Source: Escherichia coli
GTDB lineage: Bacteria; Pseudomonadota; Gammaproteobacteria; Enterobacterales; Enterobacteriaceae
Length of the DNA: 64,000 nt
Assembly (NCBI RefSeq): GCF_003019035.1
Contig: NZ_CP027447.1
Strand: one strand, 5' to 3'
Shown: positions 23,121 to 34,103 of the stretch, piece after piece
How positions within the stretch are numbered: the stretch's first letter is position 1
How the letters are laid out: each line of letters begins with the position of its first letter
Made by a program: the position numbers and the translations under genes
The notes under the pieces: generated by a model
Told to the model about the DNA's origin: nothing
The model's input: the letters and a program-made list of their open reading frames with translations, nothing else
The model's database searches: none

Positions 23121-24260
23121 TTACCAGTTATGAATGTCGCTGGCTGTATCCGTCATGTAACGGACACCGCTAATAGTTGGCAGCAACTGATTGATCAGAC
23201 GGTTCCAGCGGGATACCGGTGCGGTGGTGACATACACCACGTCATAAGGTTGCAGGCGGAATTCTGTCGCCATCACCAGCGACGTGGCATCGGACATATC
23301 CAGCTGGTAGATATTGGCAATCTTGCCGTTACGCCCGCCCTCGCCTTTCAACGGACGAATGACAAAGATGCCGCTGGCGTTGGAGGTGGTCATGTCGATG
23401 CCTTCAGCATTACCCAGGGCTTCAGTCAGGGTCATGCCGCTAAAGTCCATTTTCAGGGTGCTCTGTTTCTTCACTTCACCCATCACAAACACTTTCAGAT
23501 CATCATTACGCGGCACGTAGAGAATATCGCCGGGGTAAAGCAGTCGGTTCTGATTGAGGTCGCCGTTTTGCATCAGCGCCTGCAAAGAAATGCGCTCTTC
23601 ACGACCATTGTGTGTTAGCACCACGTTGCGCCAGTCAGCGGTGTCGGTCAGGCCACCTGCGGCGTTGATGGCGTCGAGAATGGTCAGTGGCACGTTGGTG
23701 ATCGCCTGTTGACCGGATTTATTCACCTGACCGGAGATATAGGCTTTTTGCGAGCGGAAGGCGGCGATATTAACGTCCACCTGCGGGTCAGCGATGTACG
23801 TCGCTAAGCGCCCGGTAATATCACTGCGGATTTCAGCGAGCGTTTTCCCCACCACGTGAACTTTGCCGATATACGGGTAGAACATGGTGCCGTCAGGCTG
23901 TACCCAGTTGCCGGTGTCGCTGGAGCTGCGGTACTGACCGGCTGGCGTGGTGAGTTCCGGGTGATCCCAGACGGTGACATTAAGAACGTCTCCCGGCCCG
24001 ACGCGATACTGATAATTCGCGATCTCACTTTCCAGCGTCATATTGGGGCGCGCTACATTCGGGCGTGGGCGTAATTGGTCAATCAGGCGCGGGGTCAGCG
24101 GATAAACATTCACCATTTTGTCGAGATCGAAATCAGCGTCCTGCTGTTTGATGACGTCTTTCCCCATCGTCGACATATTGCTGCCCGGAAGTACTGTGCA
24201 ACCGCTTATCAAGGTTACTGACACCAATAATGGCATCAATTTCATTTTGGATTTCATCAT
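23121..24260 (-). CDS. wza: Outer-membrane polysaccharide export lipoprotein Wza
   Basis: 379-aa ORF with lipoprotein signal (…[10 protein letters not shown]). Confidence 0.95.
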   Translation of the reverse strand: MMKSKMKLMPLLVSVTLISGCTVLPGSNMSTMGKDVIKQQDADFDLDKMVNVYPLTPRLIDQLRPRPNVARPNMTLESEIANYQYRVGPGDVLNVTVWDHPELTTPAGQYRSSSDTGNWVQPDGTMFYPYIGKVHVVGKTLAEIRSDITGRLATYIADPQVDVNIAAFRSQKAYISGQVNKSGQQAITNVPLTILDAINAAGGLTDTADWRNVVLTHNGREERISLQALMQNGDLNQNRLLYPGDILYVPRNDDLKVFVMGEVKKQSTLKMDFSGMTLTEALGNAEGIDMTTSNASGIFVIRPLKGEGGRNGKIANIYQLDMSDATSLVMATEFRLQPYDVVYVTTAPVSRWNRLINQLLPTISGVRYMTDTASDIHNW

Positions 24261-24438
24261 TGTTTATTTATCACTTTGGCAGAGTAATTATCCTGTGCAC
24301 TATTAATAGCAATGTCGCCATGCACATTTACCTTGCAGTTAATTGAATAAAAATTTAACTGGCATCAGTCCTAAAAAAATTGATTTCATCCGCAGGCTAT
24401 TGACAGAATAATTCAGACTGGTCTTTCAGGCATCCAGA

Positions 24439-24478
24439 CACGCTACCGCCCCTGGCTTTTTAGCTACCAATACACTGA
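24439..24478 (-). promoter_or_regulatory. JUMPStart/ops element in the wza (cps operon) leader
   Basis: Plus strand cacgctaccgcc at 24439-24450 is the reverse complement of ops GGCGGTAGCGTG; flanks nearly identical to the copy at 360-399. Confidence 0.75.
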
Positions 24479-24664
24479 TTTAGCTTAATTTTTAAAACCC
24501 TCTCAACATACAGTCGTTGATGAGAAAGGGTTATTGCGGAAATTAACTTCCGAATATAAGGTGACATTATGGTAATTGAATATTGGCTCTCCAATAATGC
24601 AGGAGGAAGTGTTACAGCTAACGGAATAGCAGGCAAGGTAACAATTCGGCAATTGGCTATTTTT

Positions 24665-24678
24665 AAGAATTATATTAA
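24665..24678 (-). promoter_or_regulatory. Candidate RcsAB-box-like sequence upstream of cps operon
   Basis: taagaattatatta resembles the TaAGaatatTCctA consensus recalled from memory; location far upstream of wza is plausible but unverified. Confidence 0.25.
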
Positions 24679-24918
24679 GTGTCATTCAATATGGTTTTTA
24701 GGAGTTTCTTTAGGTTGACAATATTTAATATAGTGTCTCCACATGCGATATTTCTTAAATAATGTTTTATTATTACCACTTTTAATTCAGGGATAATGTG
24801 AGGTTATAAACCTCAAATAATATGAGATAAATAGTGCTGCAACATTGCATTTTTGCCCCGATTTATCCATGATCGAATTGTGACATTTGTCATACAACGA
24901 ATAGGTTTTGTACTTACT

Positions 24919-26502
24919 ATGGAATGGATTGCCGATCCGTCTATCTGGGCCGGGTTAATCACGCTGATTGTGATCGAACTGGTCCTCGGCATTGATAACC
25001 TGGTCTTTATTGCCATCCTCGCCGAAAAACTACCGCCGAAGCAGCGCGACCGCGCACGGGTTACCGGGCTCCTGCTGGCGATGTTAATGCGCCTGTTACT
25101 GCTGGCGTCAATCTCCTGGCTGGTCACCCTGACTCAACCGCTGTTCAGCTTCCGCTCGTTTACCTTTAGCGCCCGCGACTTAATCATGCTGTTTGGTGGT
25201 TTCTTCCTGCTGTTCAAAGCCACGATGGAGCTGAACGAACGGCTGGAGGGGAAAGACAGCAATAACCCCACGCAACGCAAAGGTGCGAAGTTCTGGGGGG
25301 TGGTGACACAAATTGTGGTACTGGACGCCATCTTCTCACTCGACTCGGTGATTACCGCCGTCGGGATGGTCGACCATTTACTGGTCATGATGGCCGCCGT
25401 CGTTATCGCTATTAGCCTGATGTTGATGGCCAGCAAGCCCTTAACGCAATTTGTTAACAGTCACCCGACGATCGTTATTCTCTGCTTAAGCTTCCTGTTG
25501 ATGATTGGCTTTAGCCTGGTGGCAGAAGGTTTCGGCTTCGTCATACCGAAAGGCTACCTGTACGCTGCTATTGGTTTCTCGGTGATGATCGAGGCGCTCA
25601 ATCAGTTGGCTATCTTTAACCGGCGACGTTTTCTTTCCGCTAACCAGACACTGCGCCAGCGGACTACCGAAGCGGTAATGCGCCTGCTTAGCGGGCAAAA
25701 AGAAGATGCGGAACTGGACGCCGAAACCGCGTCCATGCTGGTGGATCATGGTAACCAGCAGATCTTTAATCCGCAGGAACGGCGGATGATTGAGCGGGTA
25801 CTTAATCTTAACCAGCGTACCGTCAGCAGCATTATGACGTCGCGCCACGATATTGAGCATATCGATCTCAACGCGCCGGAAGAAGAAATCCGCCAGTTGC
25901 TGGAGCGAAATCAGCATACGCGGCTGGTGGTTACCGACGGTGATGACGCAGAAGATTTGCTCGGTGTTGTTCACGTTATCGACCTGCTACAACAGTCTCT
26001 GCGCGGCGAACCGCTCAACCTGCGGGTGTTGATTCGCCAGCCGCTGGTGTTCCCGGAAACCTTGCCGTTGTTACCTGCCCTGGAGCAGTTCCGTAATGCC
26101 CGCACGCACTTTGCTTTTGTAGTGGATGAGTTTGGCTCGGTGGAAGGGATTGTGACATTAAGTGACGTCACTGAAACCATTGCCGGTAACTTGCCGAACG
26201 AAGTGGAAGAGATCGACGCCCGCCATGATATTCAGAAAAATGCGGACGGTTCCTGGACGGCGAATGGTCATATGCCGCTGGAAGATCTGGTGCAATATGT
26301 GCCGCTGCCGCTGGATGAAAAACGTGAATATCACACCATTGCCGGGCTATTGATGGAATATTTGCAGCGTATTCCAAAACCTGGCGAAGAAGTTCAGGTG
26401 GGGGATTATTTGCTTAAAACGTTGCAGGTGGAAAGCCATCGCGTGCAGAAGGTGCAAATTATTCCGCTACGTAAGGATGGCGAGATGGAGTACGAGGTGT
26501 GA
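24919..26502 (+). CDS. yegH: Inner-membrane protein YegH (TerC-like N-terminal domain, CBS pair and CorC/transporter-associated C-terminus)
   Basis: Start at [13 protein letters not shown]…; 527 aa; ORF-track 22-codon upstream extension rejected. Confidence 0.9.
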   Translation: MEWIADPSIWAGLITLIVIELVLGIDNLVFIAILAEKLPPKQRDRARVTGLLLAMLMRLLLLASISWLVTLTQPLFSFRSFTFSARDLIMLFGGFFLLFKATMELNERLEGKDSNNPTQRKGAKFWGVVTQIVVLDAIFSLDSVITAVGMVDHLLVMMAAVVIAISLMLMASKPLTQFVNSHPTIVILCLSFLLMIGFSLVAEGFGFVIPKGYLYAAIGFSVMIEALNQLAIFNRRRFLSANQTLRQRTTEAVMRLLSGQKEDAELDAETASMLVDHGNQQIFNPQERRMIERVLNLNQRTVSSIMTSRHDIEHIDLNAPEEEIRQLLERNQHTRLVVTDGDDAEDLLGVVHVIDLLQQSLRGEPLNLRVLIRQPLVFPETLPLLPALEQFRNARTHFAFVVDEFGSVEGIVTLSDVTETIAGNLPNEVEEIDARHDIQKNADGSWTANGHMPLEDLVQYVPLPLDEKREYHTIAGLLMEYLQRIPKPGEEVQVGDYLLKTLQVESHRVQKVQIIPLRKDGEMEYEV

Positions 26503-26576
26503 TAAAACATCAAATGCGCAGGTTCAAACTGCGCATTTGATTTATACAAAATTTAGTATAATCTAAGGATGGAGTA

Positions 26577-26915
26577 ATGAGAAAAAAGCTGGCTTTTCTT
26601 GATACCAGTCTTGACGATTTACGCGCATTTCCAGAATCGTCTCGACAGGAAATTGGCTATCAACTCGACAGGTTCCAACAAGGGTTAAACCCATACGACT
26701 GGAAACCTTTTTCAACTATCGGCCCTGGTGTGCGAGAGATTCGTACTCGCGATGCTGATGGGATCTATCGCGTCATGTATATCGCAAAATTTGAAGAAGC
26801 GGTTTACGTATTGCATTGTTTTCAAAAGAAAACACAGACTACCAGTCAATCGGATGTTGATTTAGCCAAACGACGCTATAAAGAACTTGTTCAGGAGCGG
26901 AAAAATGAAAATTGA
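26577..26915 (+). CDS. Type II toxin, RelE/ParE-fold, HigB-2/Gp49-like ('addiction module killer protein' family)
   Basis: 112-aa ORF with RBS aaggatgga; sequence pattern …IRTRDADGIYRVMYIAKFEEAVYVLHCFQKKTQ… typical of Gp49/HigB-like toxins; followed by an overlapping XRE antitoxin gene. Confidence 0.7.
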   Translation: MRKKLAFLDTSLDDLRAFPESSRQEIGYQLDRFQQGLNPYDWKPFSTIGPGVREIRTRDADGIYRVMYIAKFEEAVYVLHCFQKKTQTTSQSDVDLAKRRYKELVQERKNEN

Positions 26916-27195
26916 AACCTTTGATAGTGTGTGGGATGCGGTGAGTGACACCCCTGAACAAGCGGAAAATATGCGGATCCGTGCCGAACTTGTAACGATC
27001 ATTAATAACTGGATTGAACAACAAGGGTTTAGCCAGGCCCAGGCAGCGTCTGCTTTAGGGGTCACTCAACCTCGCATATCTGAACTTGCCAGAGGTAAGA
27101 TCCAGATCTTTAGTATCGATAAATTGATCACCATGATGGCTCATGCAGGATTGCATATTCAACGTATTGAAATTCAATATCCACATGCTGCTTAG
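26905..27195 (+). CDS. Type II antitoxin, XRE-family HTH ('addiction module antidote protein')
   Basis: 96-aa ORF MKIETFDSVWDAV… with HTH LGVTQPRISELARGK; RBS aggagcgg; overlaps toxin gene by 11 nt. Confidence 0.7.
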   Translation: MKIETFDSVWDAVSDTPEQAENMRIRAELVTIINNWIEQQGFSQAQAASALGVTQPRISELARGKIQIFSIDKLITMMAHAGLHIQRIEIQYPHAA

Positions 27196-27206
27196 TGCTA
27201 TAAATA

Positions 27207-27235
27207 CAGATGGCGACAAATTGACGCCGCCATCT
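27207..27235. terminator. 9-bp perfect inverted repeat between the TA operon and the convergent asmA; possible bidirectional terminator
   Basis: cagatggcg (12-nt loop) cgccatctg; no strong U-tract. Confidence 0.35.
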
Positions 27236-27247
27236 GCATAACTTGTC

Positions 27248-29101
27248 TTACATCTTCTCCAGCAACTTCTTCACATCTTTGCCATTGCGGGAATCTTTAT
27301 TCCGCTCGGCCCAGTCATTCAGGCGACGTTTCGCTTCGTCCTGTAGATGTTTGCGCAGTAACTGATCCACTTGCAGGCTGTAATTGAGTTGCTGCCAGTT
27401 GCCATAAACCCGCAGCGGTACTGGCGTTTCTTTGAGGAAATCAATCAGTTTGCTTTCTCCGTTCCAGCCACCAATCACACGAATGTCAAACTGGGTGTCG
27501 CAGGTTTGATCTGCCAGATTCAACATGCCTTCCCCTGTCAGCGCCAGCACTGGCGATTGACCTTGCATGTCGTTTAACGTCACGACGCCATCCTTCAACG
27601 TCAAATCGGTGGTAAAGCGGTCAAGACGCGTTACGTTATCGAAGTTTTCAGCGGCCTTCACATCACCACCATTACGTTCTACCGCTTGCTGAATCATCTG
27701 CTGGAAGTTCATCCCTTCCATGCGTGTGTCGGTCATTTCGACATGTGCCTGTCCTTGCCAGTTGTGGCGGAATGCGTCGGCATCTATGTCAGCACCGGAG
27801 AAATCACCAGCCAGTGACATCTTTCCAGTCAACGAAATCGGATAGTTAAACGCCTTCAGAATGGTGCCAATCTCAACGTTTTCCAGCCGTGGCTGGAAGT
27901 TTATCCGCGGATTTATTGATGTCGCGTCCAGCGTGCCCGGCAGCGAAACCTGTCCACCGTTAAGCTTGCCCTGCAGTTGAGTAATTTCCAGCAAACCCGA
28001 CTTGTTGGTCATTTGCGTGGAAACATCTGTAAAATTCATTCCGCGCCAGCGCACGTTACTGGCCTGCAACAAAATATCAGCCGTAAAGCCTTGCAATCCC
28101 TGATAGGCCGGTTCATCAATACGCGAAGAAATGACCGGGCGCGGCAACGTGGATTGGCTCTGCCCTTGCTGCGCGGCACCGTTTTCACCGTTCGCTGTTT
28201 CTTTAAGCGGGATGAGGTTGTCAAGATTCAGTTGCGGGAATTGCAGTCTCAGCTGCCATTCCGGTTTCTCTGTCAGCGTGACCTGTGCTTGCCCGCTCAG
28301 CGTACTGTCATTGGCGGTCAAACTAATTTGGTTAAATGAAAGGCGTTTATGTGACTCCTGCCACTGGGCCTGGAAACTCCCCTGCCCCTGAATACCTTGT
28401 TTTGGTAAATCTGCACCCTGCAACTGCCAGTTAATTTGTTCAATAGCCGCCGTTAAATCATGCGGATAATCAGAAGCATCTACCGTACCGTTAAGGGATA
28501 TCGTGAGGTCGCGCTGATCGCGATTAACCCGCCCGGAGAACTCAAATGAGCCACGATGTTGGGGATCTTGTTCCATTTGCAGGCGGATATTGCGGATTGT
28601 CACCTGCTCGTCATCTTCATGCTGGAACACCAGCACGCTGTCCGCCATCTTAAGACTGGATATATCAAACGACCATCCGCGATCGTCTGACAGATCCGGC
28701 AAGGTATTGTCGCGCGGTGCAACCGGAGCGTCTTCACTGCGCACCGCTTCCGTCTGCGGCGTCAGTTGGATCACTGCCCCTTTTAGCATCACCTGCTTAA
28801 CGCTCAGTTGATGACTCAGTAGTGGTAAAAGCGCCACGTCCAGACGCATGTTGTCGGCGCGAACCAGTGGCTGGCTCGCGCCCTGGGCGGTGAGAGACAT
28901 TCGCCCGGAGAGGATACTAAGCTGCGGCCAGACGTGCCAACGCAGTGGCCCGTCGAGCTGCAATTGATAACCGCTACGTGCAGCAACTTGCTTGACCATA
29001 TAGTCGCGGAAATCATTCGGATTCACCAGCAACACTAACGCAGATAACCCGGCCACCAGCACGACCAGGAGTATCATCAGCGTCGTCAGAAATCGTCTCA
29101 T
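27248..29101 (-). CDS. asmA: Outer-membrane assembly protein AsmA
   Basis: 617-aa ORF with N-terminal TM anchor MRRFLTTLMILLVVLVAGLSALVLLV. Confidence 0.95.
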   Translation of the reverse strand: MRRFLTTLMILLVVLVAGLSALVLLVNPNDFRDYMVKQVAARSGYQLQLDGPLRWHVWPQLSILSGRMSLTAQGASQPLVRADNMRLDVALLPLLSHQLSVKQVMLKGAVIQLTPQTEAVRSEDAPVAPRDNTLPDLSDDRGWSFDISSLKMADSVLVFQHEDDEQVTIRNIRLQMEQDPQHRGSFEFSGRVNRDQRDLTISLNGTVDASDYPHDLTAAIEQINWQLQGADLPKQGIQGQGSFQAQWQESHKRLSFNQISLTANDSTLSGQAQVTLTEKPEWQLRLQFPQLNLDNLIPLKETANGENGAAQQGQSQSTLPRPVISSRIDEPAYQGLQGFTADILLQASNVRWRGMNFTDVSTQMTNKSGLLEITQLQGKLNGGQVSLPGTLDATSINPRINFQPRLENVEIGTILKAFNYPISLTGKMSLAGDFSGADIDADAFRHNWQGQAHVEMTDTRMEGMNFQQMIQQAVERNGGDVKAAENFDNVTRLDRFTTDLTLKDGVVTLNDMQGQSPVLALTGEGMLNLADQTCDTQFDIRVIGGWNGESKLIDFLKETPVPLRVYGNWQQLNYSLQVDQLLRKHLQDEAKRRLNDWAERNKDSRNGKDVKKLLEKM

Positions 29102-29122
29102 GGTATCCTCAATGGGCCTGAA

Positions 29123-29704
29123 TTAGTCTTTATCGATTCGGCTGGCTACCGCGCCCTGCTGGTTGCGATATTTCGCATCTTCACGGCGGTTGTAAGGTCG
29201 CGCCGCCGGGCCGGAAAGCGGCTCAAAGCTCAGCGCACCAATTAACATGCCCGGACGCAGCGCCAGCGGCAGCTTACCGGAGTTGTAGAACTCCAGCACA
29301 ATGCAGCCAGACCAGCCCGGATCGATACGGTGCGCGGTGACGTGCACCATCAGCCCCAGACGCGCCAGTGAAGAACGCCCGTCCAGCCAGCCCACCAGAT
29401 CGGCTGGCAGCGTCACCGACTCCAGCGTCACCGCCAGCGCCAGCTCTCCTGGGTGAAGATAGAACGCCTCGCTTTCATCGAGAACGATCTCATCGCTCAT
29501 CACGCGGTCAAGCGCGGCGCTCACTTCATCTTTGGGACCGCTCAGATCGATAAACGCTGCCGTGTGACCACGGAAGGTACGAAATTTATTGCCCAGGCGC
29601 ACATCCACCGTCGCGCCGTTAATACGCTCCACTGGCGGACGTGGGTTGATCGACAAACGGCCTTCATCAAGCCAGGCTTCAATATCTCGGTCACACAGAC
29701 GCAT
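29123..29704 (-). CDS. dcd: dCTP deaminase
   Basis: 193-aa [26 protein letters not shown]…. Confidence 0.95.
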   Translation of the reverse strand: MRLCDRDIEAWLDEGRLSINPRPPVERINGATVDVRLGNKFRTFRGHTAAFIDLSGPKDEVSAALDRVMSDEIVLDESEAFYLHPGELALAVTLESVTLPADLVGWLDGRSSLARLGLMVHVTAHRIDPGWSGCIVLEFYNSGKLPLALRPGMLIGALSFEPLSGPAARPYNRREDAKYRNQQGAVASRIDKD

Positions 29705-29795
29705 GGCATTTTCTCCTTTCGCGCATCACTCCCTTAACGCCAATTACGTCAAGGGCATACCAGGTTATCACTGAACGGTACACAATTTATCAAGC

Positions 29796-30437
29796 TTATT
29801 CAAAGAACTGACTTATTTTCGCTTTCAATATATCGATGGCGATGCGGTTTTTCCCGCCGCGCGGCACGATAATGTCCGCATATTGTTTAGAAGGCTCAAT
29901 GAATTGCAGGAACATCGGACGCACGGTTTTTTGATATTGCGCCATCACTGAATCCATTGAACGCCCACGCTCGTTAACGTCACGCTTAATGCGGCGCATC
30001 AGGCAGATATCCAGCGGGGTATCAACGAAAATGGAGAAGTTAAGTTCGTCACGCAAACGCGCATCTGTCAGCAACAAAATGCCTTCGAGAATGATGACCT
30101 TCTTCGGCTCAACCGTCACCGTTTCTTTCATACGCGTATGTTCAACATAGCTGTAAACCGGCAGGTCAATTGCCGAGCCGCGTTTCAACGCTTGTAAATG
30201 CTCAAGCAGCAGGCTGTGATCCATCGCGCTGGGATGGTCGTAGTTGGTCTTAACGCGTTCTTCCATCGACAGATGGCTTTGATCTTTGTAATAGCAGTCT
30301 TCGGGAATTACGCCGATGTGTTCATCACCGACTTGCTCACGTAATTCACGATAAAGGGTACTGGCAATAAGACTCTTGCCGGAAGCCGATGCGCCAGCGA
30401 TACCGATAATGACGCACTGATGAGACTGATCAGTCAT
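29796..30437 (-). CDS. udk: Uridine/cytidine kinase
   Basis: Start at [22 protein letters not shown] (P-loop); ORF-track N-terminal extension rejected. Confidence 0.95.
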
Positions 30438-30754
30438 ATATTTAGCGACCTGATTAACCTGGATGTTAGGAAGGGGGCGACGAAGCGCCAAACGCGGCAA
30501 TTATAGGGATTTCATCCGCCTGATACCAGTCGAATAGCGTTGCCGCGCGCTCAGAGTTAATTGTTGACGAAGAATTCCCGGTGGCAAATTACGTTGATCA
30601 GTTTTATACAAGGTAAAAATTGTTATACGCAGTTGCGCAAATTATCCGCCTTTACGTCACTTTATGAGCAATTCGCATATAAAATGTAAAACTTTTGTAC
30701 TAGCATAAACACAGAAACGAATACTGGCGACCTGGCCTTGCGGATAAAGCGGTA

Positions 30755-33700
30755 ATGAGCAAACAATCACAGCATGTATTAATTGCCCTGCCCCACCCGC
30801 TGCTTCACCTGGTCAGTTTAGGTTTAGTCTCGTTTATCTTCACCCTTTTCTCACTTGAGCTTTCGCAGTTTGGCACCCAACTCGCCCCACTGTGGTTCCC
30901 GACGTCCATCATGATGGTGGCGTTTTATCGCCATGCCGGGCGCATGTGGCCGGGGATTGCGCTGAGCTGCTCGCTGGGAAATATCGCCGCATCCATCCTG
31001 CTTTTTTCCACCAGCTCGCTGAACATGACCTGGACGACCATCAATATTGTTGAAGCCGTGGTCGGGGCAGTGCTACTGCGTAAATTGCTGCCGTGGTATA
31101 ACCCATTGCAAAATCTGGCTGACTGGCTGCGTCTGGCACTCGGCAGCGCCATTGTTCCACCTCTGTTAGGGGGTGTTCTGGTTATCCTGCTGACGCCCGG
31201 AGACGATCCTCTCAGGGCATTTTTGATATGGGTACTGTCAGAATCCATCGGCGCACTGGCACTGGTGCCGCTGGGATTGTTATTTAAACCACACTATCTG
31301 CTGCGCCATCGCAACCCACGGTTGCTTTTTGAGTCGCTGCTCACGTTAGCCATCACACTGACGTTAAGCTGGCTTTCGATGCTGTATCTGCCGTGGCCTT
31401 TTACTTTCATTATTGTGCTGTTGATGTGGAGCGCCGTGCGCCTGCCACGAATGGAAGCCTTTTTGATCTTCCTTACCACGGTGATGATGGTGTCACTGAT
31501 GATGGCCGCGGATCCCTCCCTGCTTGCTACGCCGCGTACATACCTGATGAGCCATATGCCGTGGCTACCGTTTTTGCTGATCCTGCTGCCCGCCAACATC
31601 ATGACCATGGTGATGTATGCCTTTCGTGCGGAACGCAAACACATTTCCGAAAGCGAAACCCGTTTTCGTAACGCCATGGAATATTCCGCCATCGGCATGG
31701 CATTAGTGGGCACCGAGGGGCAATGGCTGCAATCCAACAAAGCACTCTGCCAGTTTCTCGGTTACAGTCAGGAAGAGCTGCGCGGACTCACCTTTCAGCA
31801 ACTGACCTGGCCGGAGGATCTCAATAAAGATCTGCAACAGGTTGAAAAGCTGATCAGCGGTGAAATAAACACCTATTCAATGGAAAAACGCTACTACAAC
31901 CGCAATGGCGATGTTGTCTGGGCGTTGCTTGCCGTCTCACTGGTGCGCCACACCGATGGTACGCCGCTCTATTTTATCGCTCAGATTGAAGACATTAACG
32001 AGCTAAAACGCACCGAACAGGTGAATCAGCAACTGATGGAGCGCATCACGCTGGCTAACGAAGCGGGCGGGATTGGCATCTGGGAGTGGGAGCTAAAGCC
32101 GAATATTTTTAGCTGGGATAAGCGGATGTTCGAGCTGTATGAAATTCCTCCGCATATCAAACCGAACTGGCAGGTGTGGTACGAGTGCGTGCTGCCGGAA
32201 GATCGCCAGCACGCCGAAAAAGTGATTCGCGATTCATTGCAATCACGCTCGCCCTTTAAGCTGGAATTTCGCATTGCCGTGAAAGATGGCATCCGCCATA
32301 TCCGCGCCCTCGCCAACCGGGTACTGAATAAAGAAGGCGAAGTCGAACGTCTGCTCGGCATTAATATGGATATGACCGAGGTTAAACAGCTTAACGAGGC
32401 ATTGTTTCAGGAAAAAGAGCGCCTGCACATTACGCTTGATTCCATCGGTGAAGCCGTGGTCTGTATTGATATGGCGATGAAAATTACCTTTATGAATCCG
32501 GTGGCGGAGAAGATGAGCGGCTGGACGCAGGAAGAAGCGTTAGGTGTTCCGCTCCTGACGGTGTTGCATATTACTTTTGGCGACAACGGACCATTAATGG
32601 AGAACATTTACAGTGCCGACACCTCACGTTCCGCGATTGAACAAGATGTGGTGTTGCACTGCCGAAGCGGCGGCAGCTACGACGTGCATTACAGTATTAC
32701 GCCGTTAAGTACTCTGGACGGCAGCAATATTGGTTCGGTTCTGGTGATTCAGGACGTCACCGAATCGCGCAAAATGCTGCGCCAGCTGAGCTACAGCGCC
32801 TCCCATGATGCACTGACGCATCTCGCCAATCGCGCCAGTTTTGAGAAGCAACTACGCATCCTGCTGCAAACGGTAAACAGTACACATCAGCGACATGCAC
32901 TGGTGTTTATCGATCTTGATCGCTTTAAAGCGGTGAATGACAGCGCCGGGCACGCCGCTGGCGACGCTTTACTGCGCGAACTGGCGTCATTGATGCTGAG
33001 TATGCTGCGCTCCAGCGACGTGCTGGCGCGACTCGGTGGCGATGAATTTGGTCTGCTGCTGCCAGATTGTAATGTCGAAAGTGCGCGTTTTATCGCTACA
33101 CGCATTATCAGCGCCGTGAATGACTATCACTTTATCTGGGAAGGACGAGTACATCGGGTAGGTGCCAGTGCCGGGATTACCTTGATTGATGACAACAATC
33201 ATCAGGCGGCTGAAGTGATGTCGCAGGCCGATATCGCCTGTTATGCCTCCAAAAATGGTGGACGGGGCCGGGTGACGGTTTACGAACCGCAGCAAGCTGC
33301 CACAAATAGCGAACGGGCGGTGATGTCGCTTGATGAACAGTGGCGGATGATTAAAGAGAATCAGTTGATGATGATCGCCCACGGTGTCGCTTCGCCGCGG
33401 ATCCCGCAAGCGCGTAATTTGTGGCTGATTTCACTTAAGCTCTGGAGTTGCGAAGGCGAGATTATTGATGAACAAACATTTCGTCGTAGCTTCAGCGATC
33501 CGGCACTTAGCCATGCTCTTGACCGACGGGTATTCCACGATTTTTTCCAGCAGACCGCAAAAGCGATTGCCAGTAAAGGCTTAAGCATCGCCCTCCCCCT
33601 TTCCGTTGCCGGTTTGAGTAGCACCACGCTGGTGAATGAACTAATTGAGCAGCTGGAAAATAGCCCTCTACCACCACGGTTATTACATCTGATTATTCCG

Positions 33701-34072
33701 GCAGACGCGATTTTCGATCACGCAGAAAGCGTGCAAAAACTGCGGCTGGCGGGATGTCGGATCGTATTCAGTCAGGTGGGCCGCGATCTGCAAATCTTCA
33801 ACTCGCTGAAAGCAAATATGGCAGATTACCTGCTACTTGATGGTGAGTTATGCGCCAACGTGCAGGGAAATTTGATGGATGAGATGCTGATTACGATCAT
33901 TCAGGGGCACGCTCAGCGGCTCGGGATGAAGACCATCGCCGGGCCAGTAGTTTTACCCCTGGTGATGGATACGCTTTCTGGCATCGGCGTCGATCTGATT
34001 TATGGCGATGTGATTGCCGATGCCCAACCGCTGGATTTGCTGGTGAATAGCAGTTATTTCGCGATTAACTGA
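30755..34072 (+). CDS. dgcE: Diguanylate cyclase DgcE (YegE): MASE1 membrane domain, PAS repeats, GGDEF (RLGGDEFGLL) and degenerate EAL
   Basis: 1105-aa ORF; GGDEF motif visible in translation. Confidence 0.93.
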   Translation: MSKQSQHVLIALPHPLLHLVSLGLVSFIFTLFSLELSQFGTQLAPLWFPTSIMMVAFYRHAGRMWPGIALSCSLGNIAASILLFSTSSLNMTWTTINIVEAVVGAVLLRKLLPWYNPLQNLADWLRLALGSAIVPPLLGGVLVILLTPGDDPLRAFLIWVLSESIGALALVPLGLLFKPHYLLRHRNPRLLFESLLTLAITLTLSWLSMLYLPWPFTFIIVLLMWSAVRLPRMEAFLIFLTTVMMVSLMMAADPSLLATPRTYLMSHMPWLPFLLILLPANIMTMVMYAFRAERKHISESETRFRNAMEYSAIGMALVGTEGQWLQSNKALCQFLGYSQEELRGLTFQQLTWPEDLNKDLQQVEKLISGEINTYSMEKRYYNRNGDVVWALLAVSLVRHTDGTPLYFIAQIEDINELKRTEQVNQQLMERITLANEAGGIGIWEWELKPNIFSWDKRMFELYEIPPHIKPNWQVWYECVLPEDRQHAEKVIRDSLQSRSPFKLEFRIAVKDGIRHIRALANRVLNKEGEVERLLGINMDMTEVKQLNEALFQEKERLHITLDSIGEAVVCIDMAMKITFMNPVAEKMSGWTQEEALGVPLLTVLHITFGDNGPLMENIYSADTSRSAIEQDVVLHCRSGGSYDVHYSITPLSTLDGSNIGSVLVIQDVTESRKMLRQLSYSASHDALTHLANRASFEKQLRILLQTVNSTHQRHALVFIDLDRFKAVNDSAGHAAGDALLRELASLMLSMLRSSDVLARLGGDEFGLLLPDCNVESARFIATRIISAVNDYHFIWEGRVHRVGASAGITLIDDNNHQAAEVMSQADIACYASKNGGRGRVTVYEPQQAATNSERAVMSLDEQWRMIKENQLMMIAHGVASPRIPQARNLWLISLKLWSCEGEIIDEQTFRRSFSDPALSHALDRRVFHDFFQQTAKAIASKGLSIALPLSVAGLSSTTLVNELIEQLENSPLPPRLLHLIIPADAIFDHAESVQKLRLAGCRIVFSQVGRDLQIFNSLKANMADYLLLDGELCANVQGNLMDEMLITIIQGHAQRLGMKTIAGPVVLPLVMDTLSGIGVDLIYGDVIADAQPLDLLVNSSYFAIN

Positions 34073-34103
34073 GGCGTGCTTCCCCATCGCCTGATGCGAC
34101 GTA

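Noticed and set aside
24503-24685. 60-aa minus-strand ORF in the wza leader
   Set aside because: Sits in the AT-rich untranslated leader containing the JUMPStart; Cys/Asn-rich low-complexity product; no RBS.
24853-24918. N-terminal extension of yegH (and analogous ORF-track extensions for galF, cpsG, wzc, wcaD, udk, yegD, mdtA, yegP, yegR, gatY)
   Set aside because: Extensions lack RBSs, while internal starts give the canonical N-termini with good spacing or overlap to neighbours.
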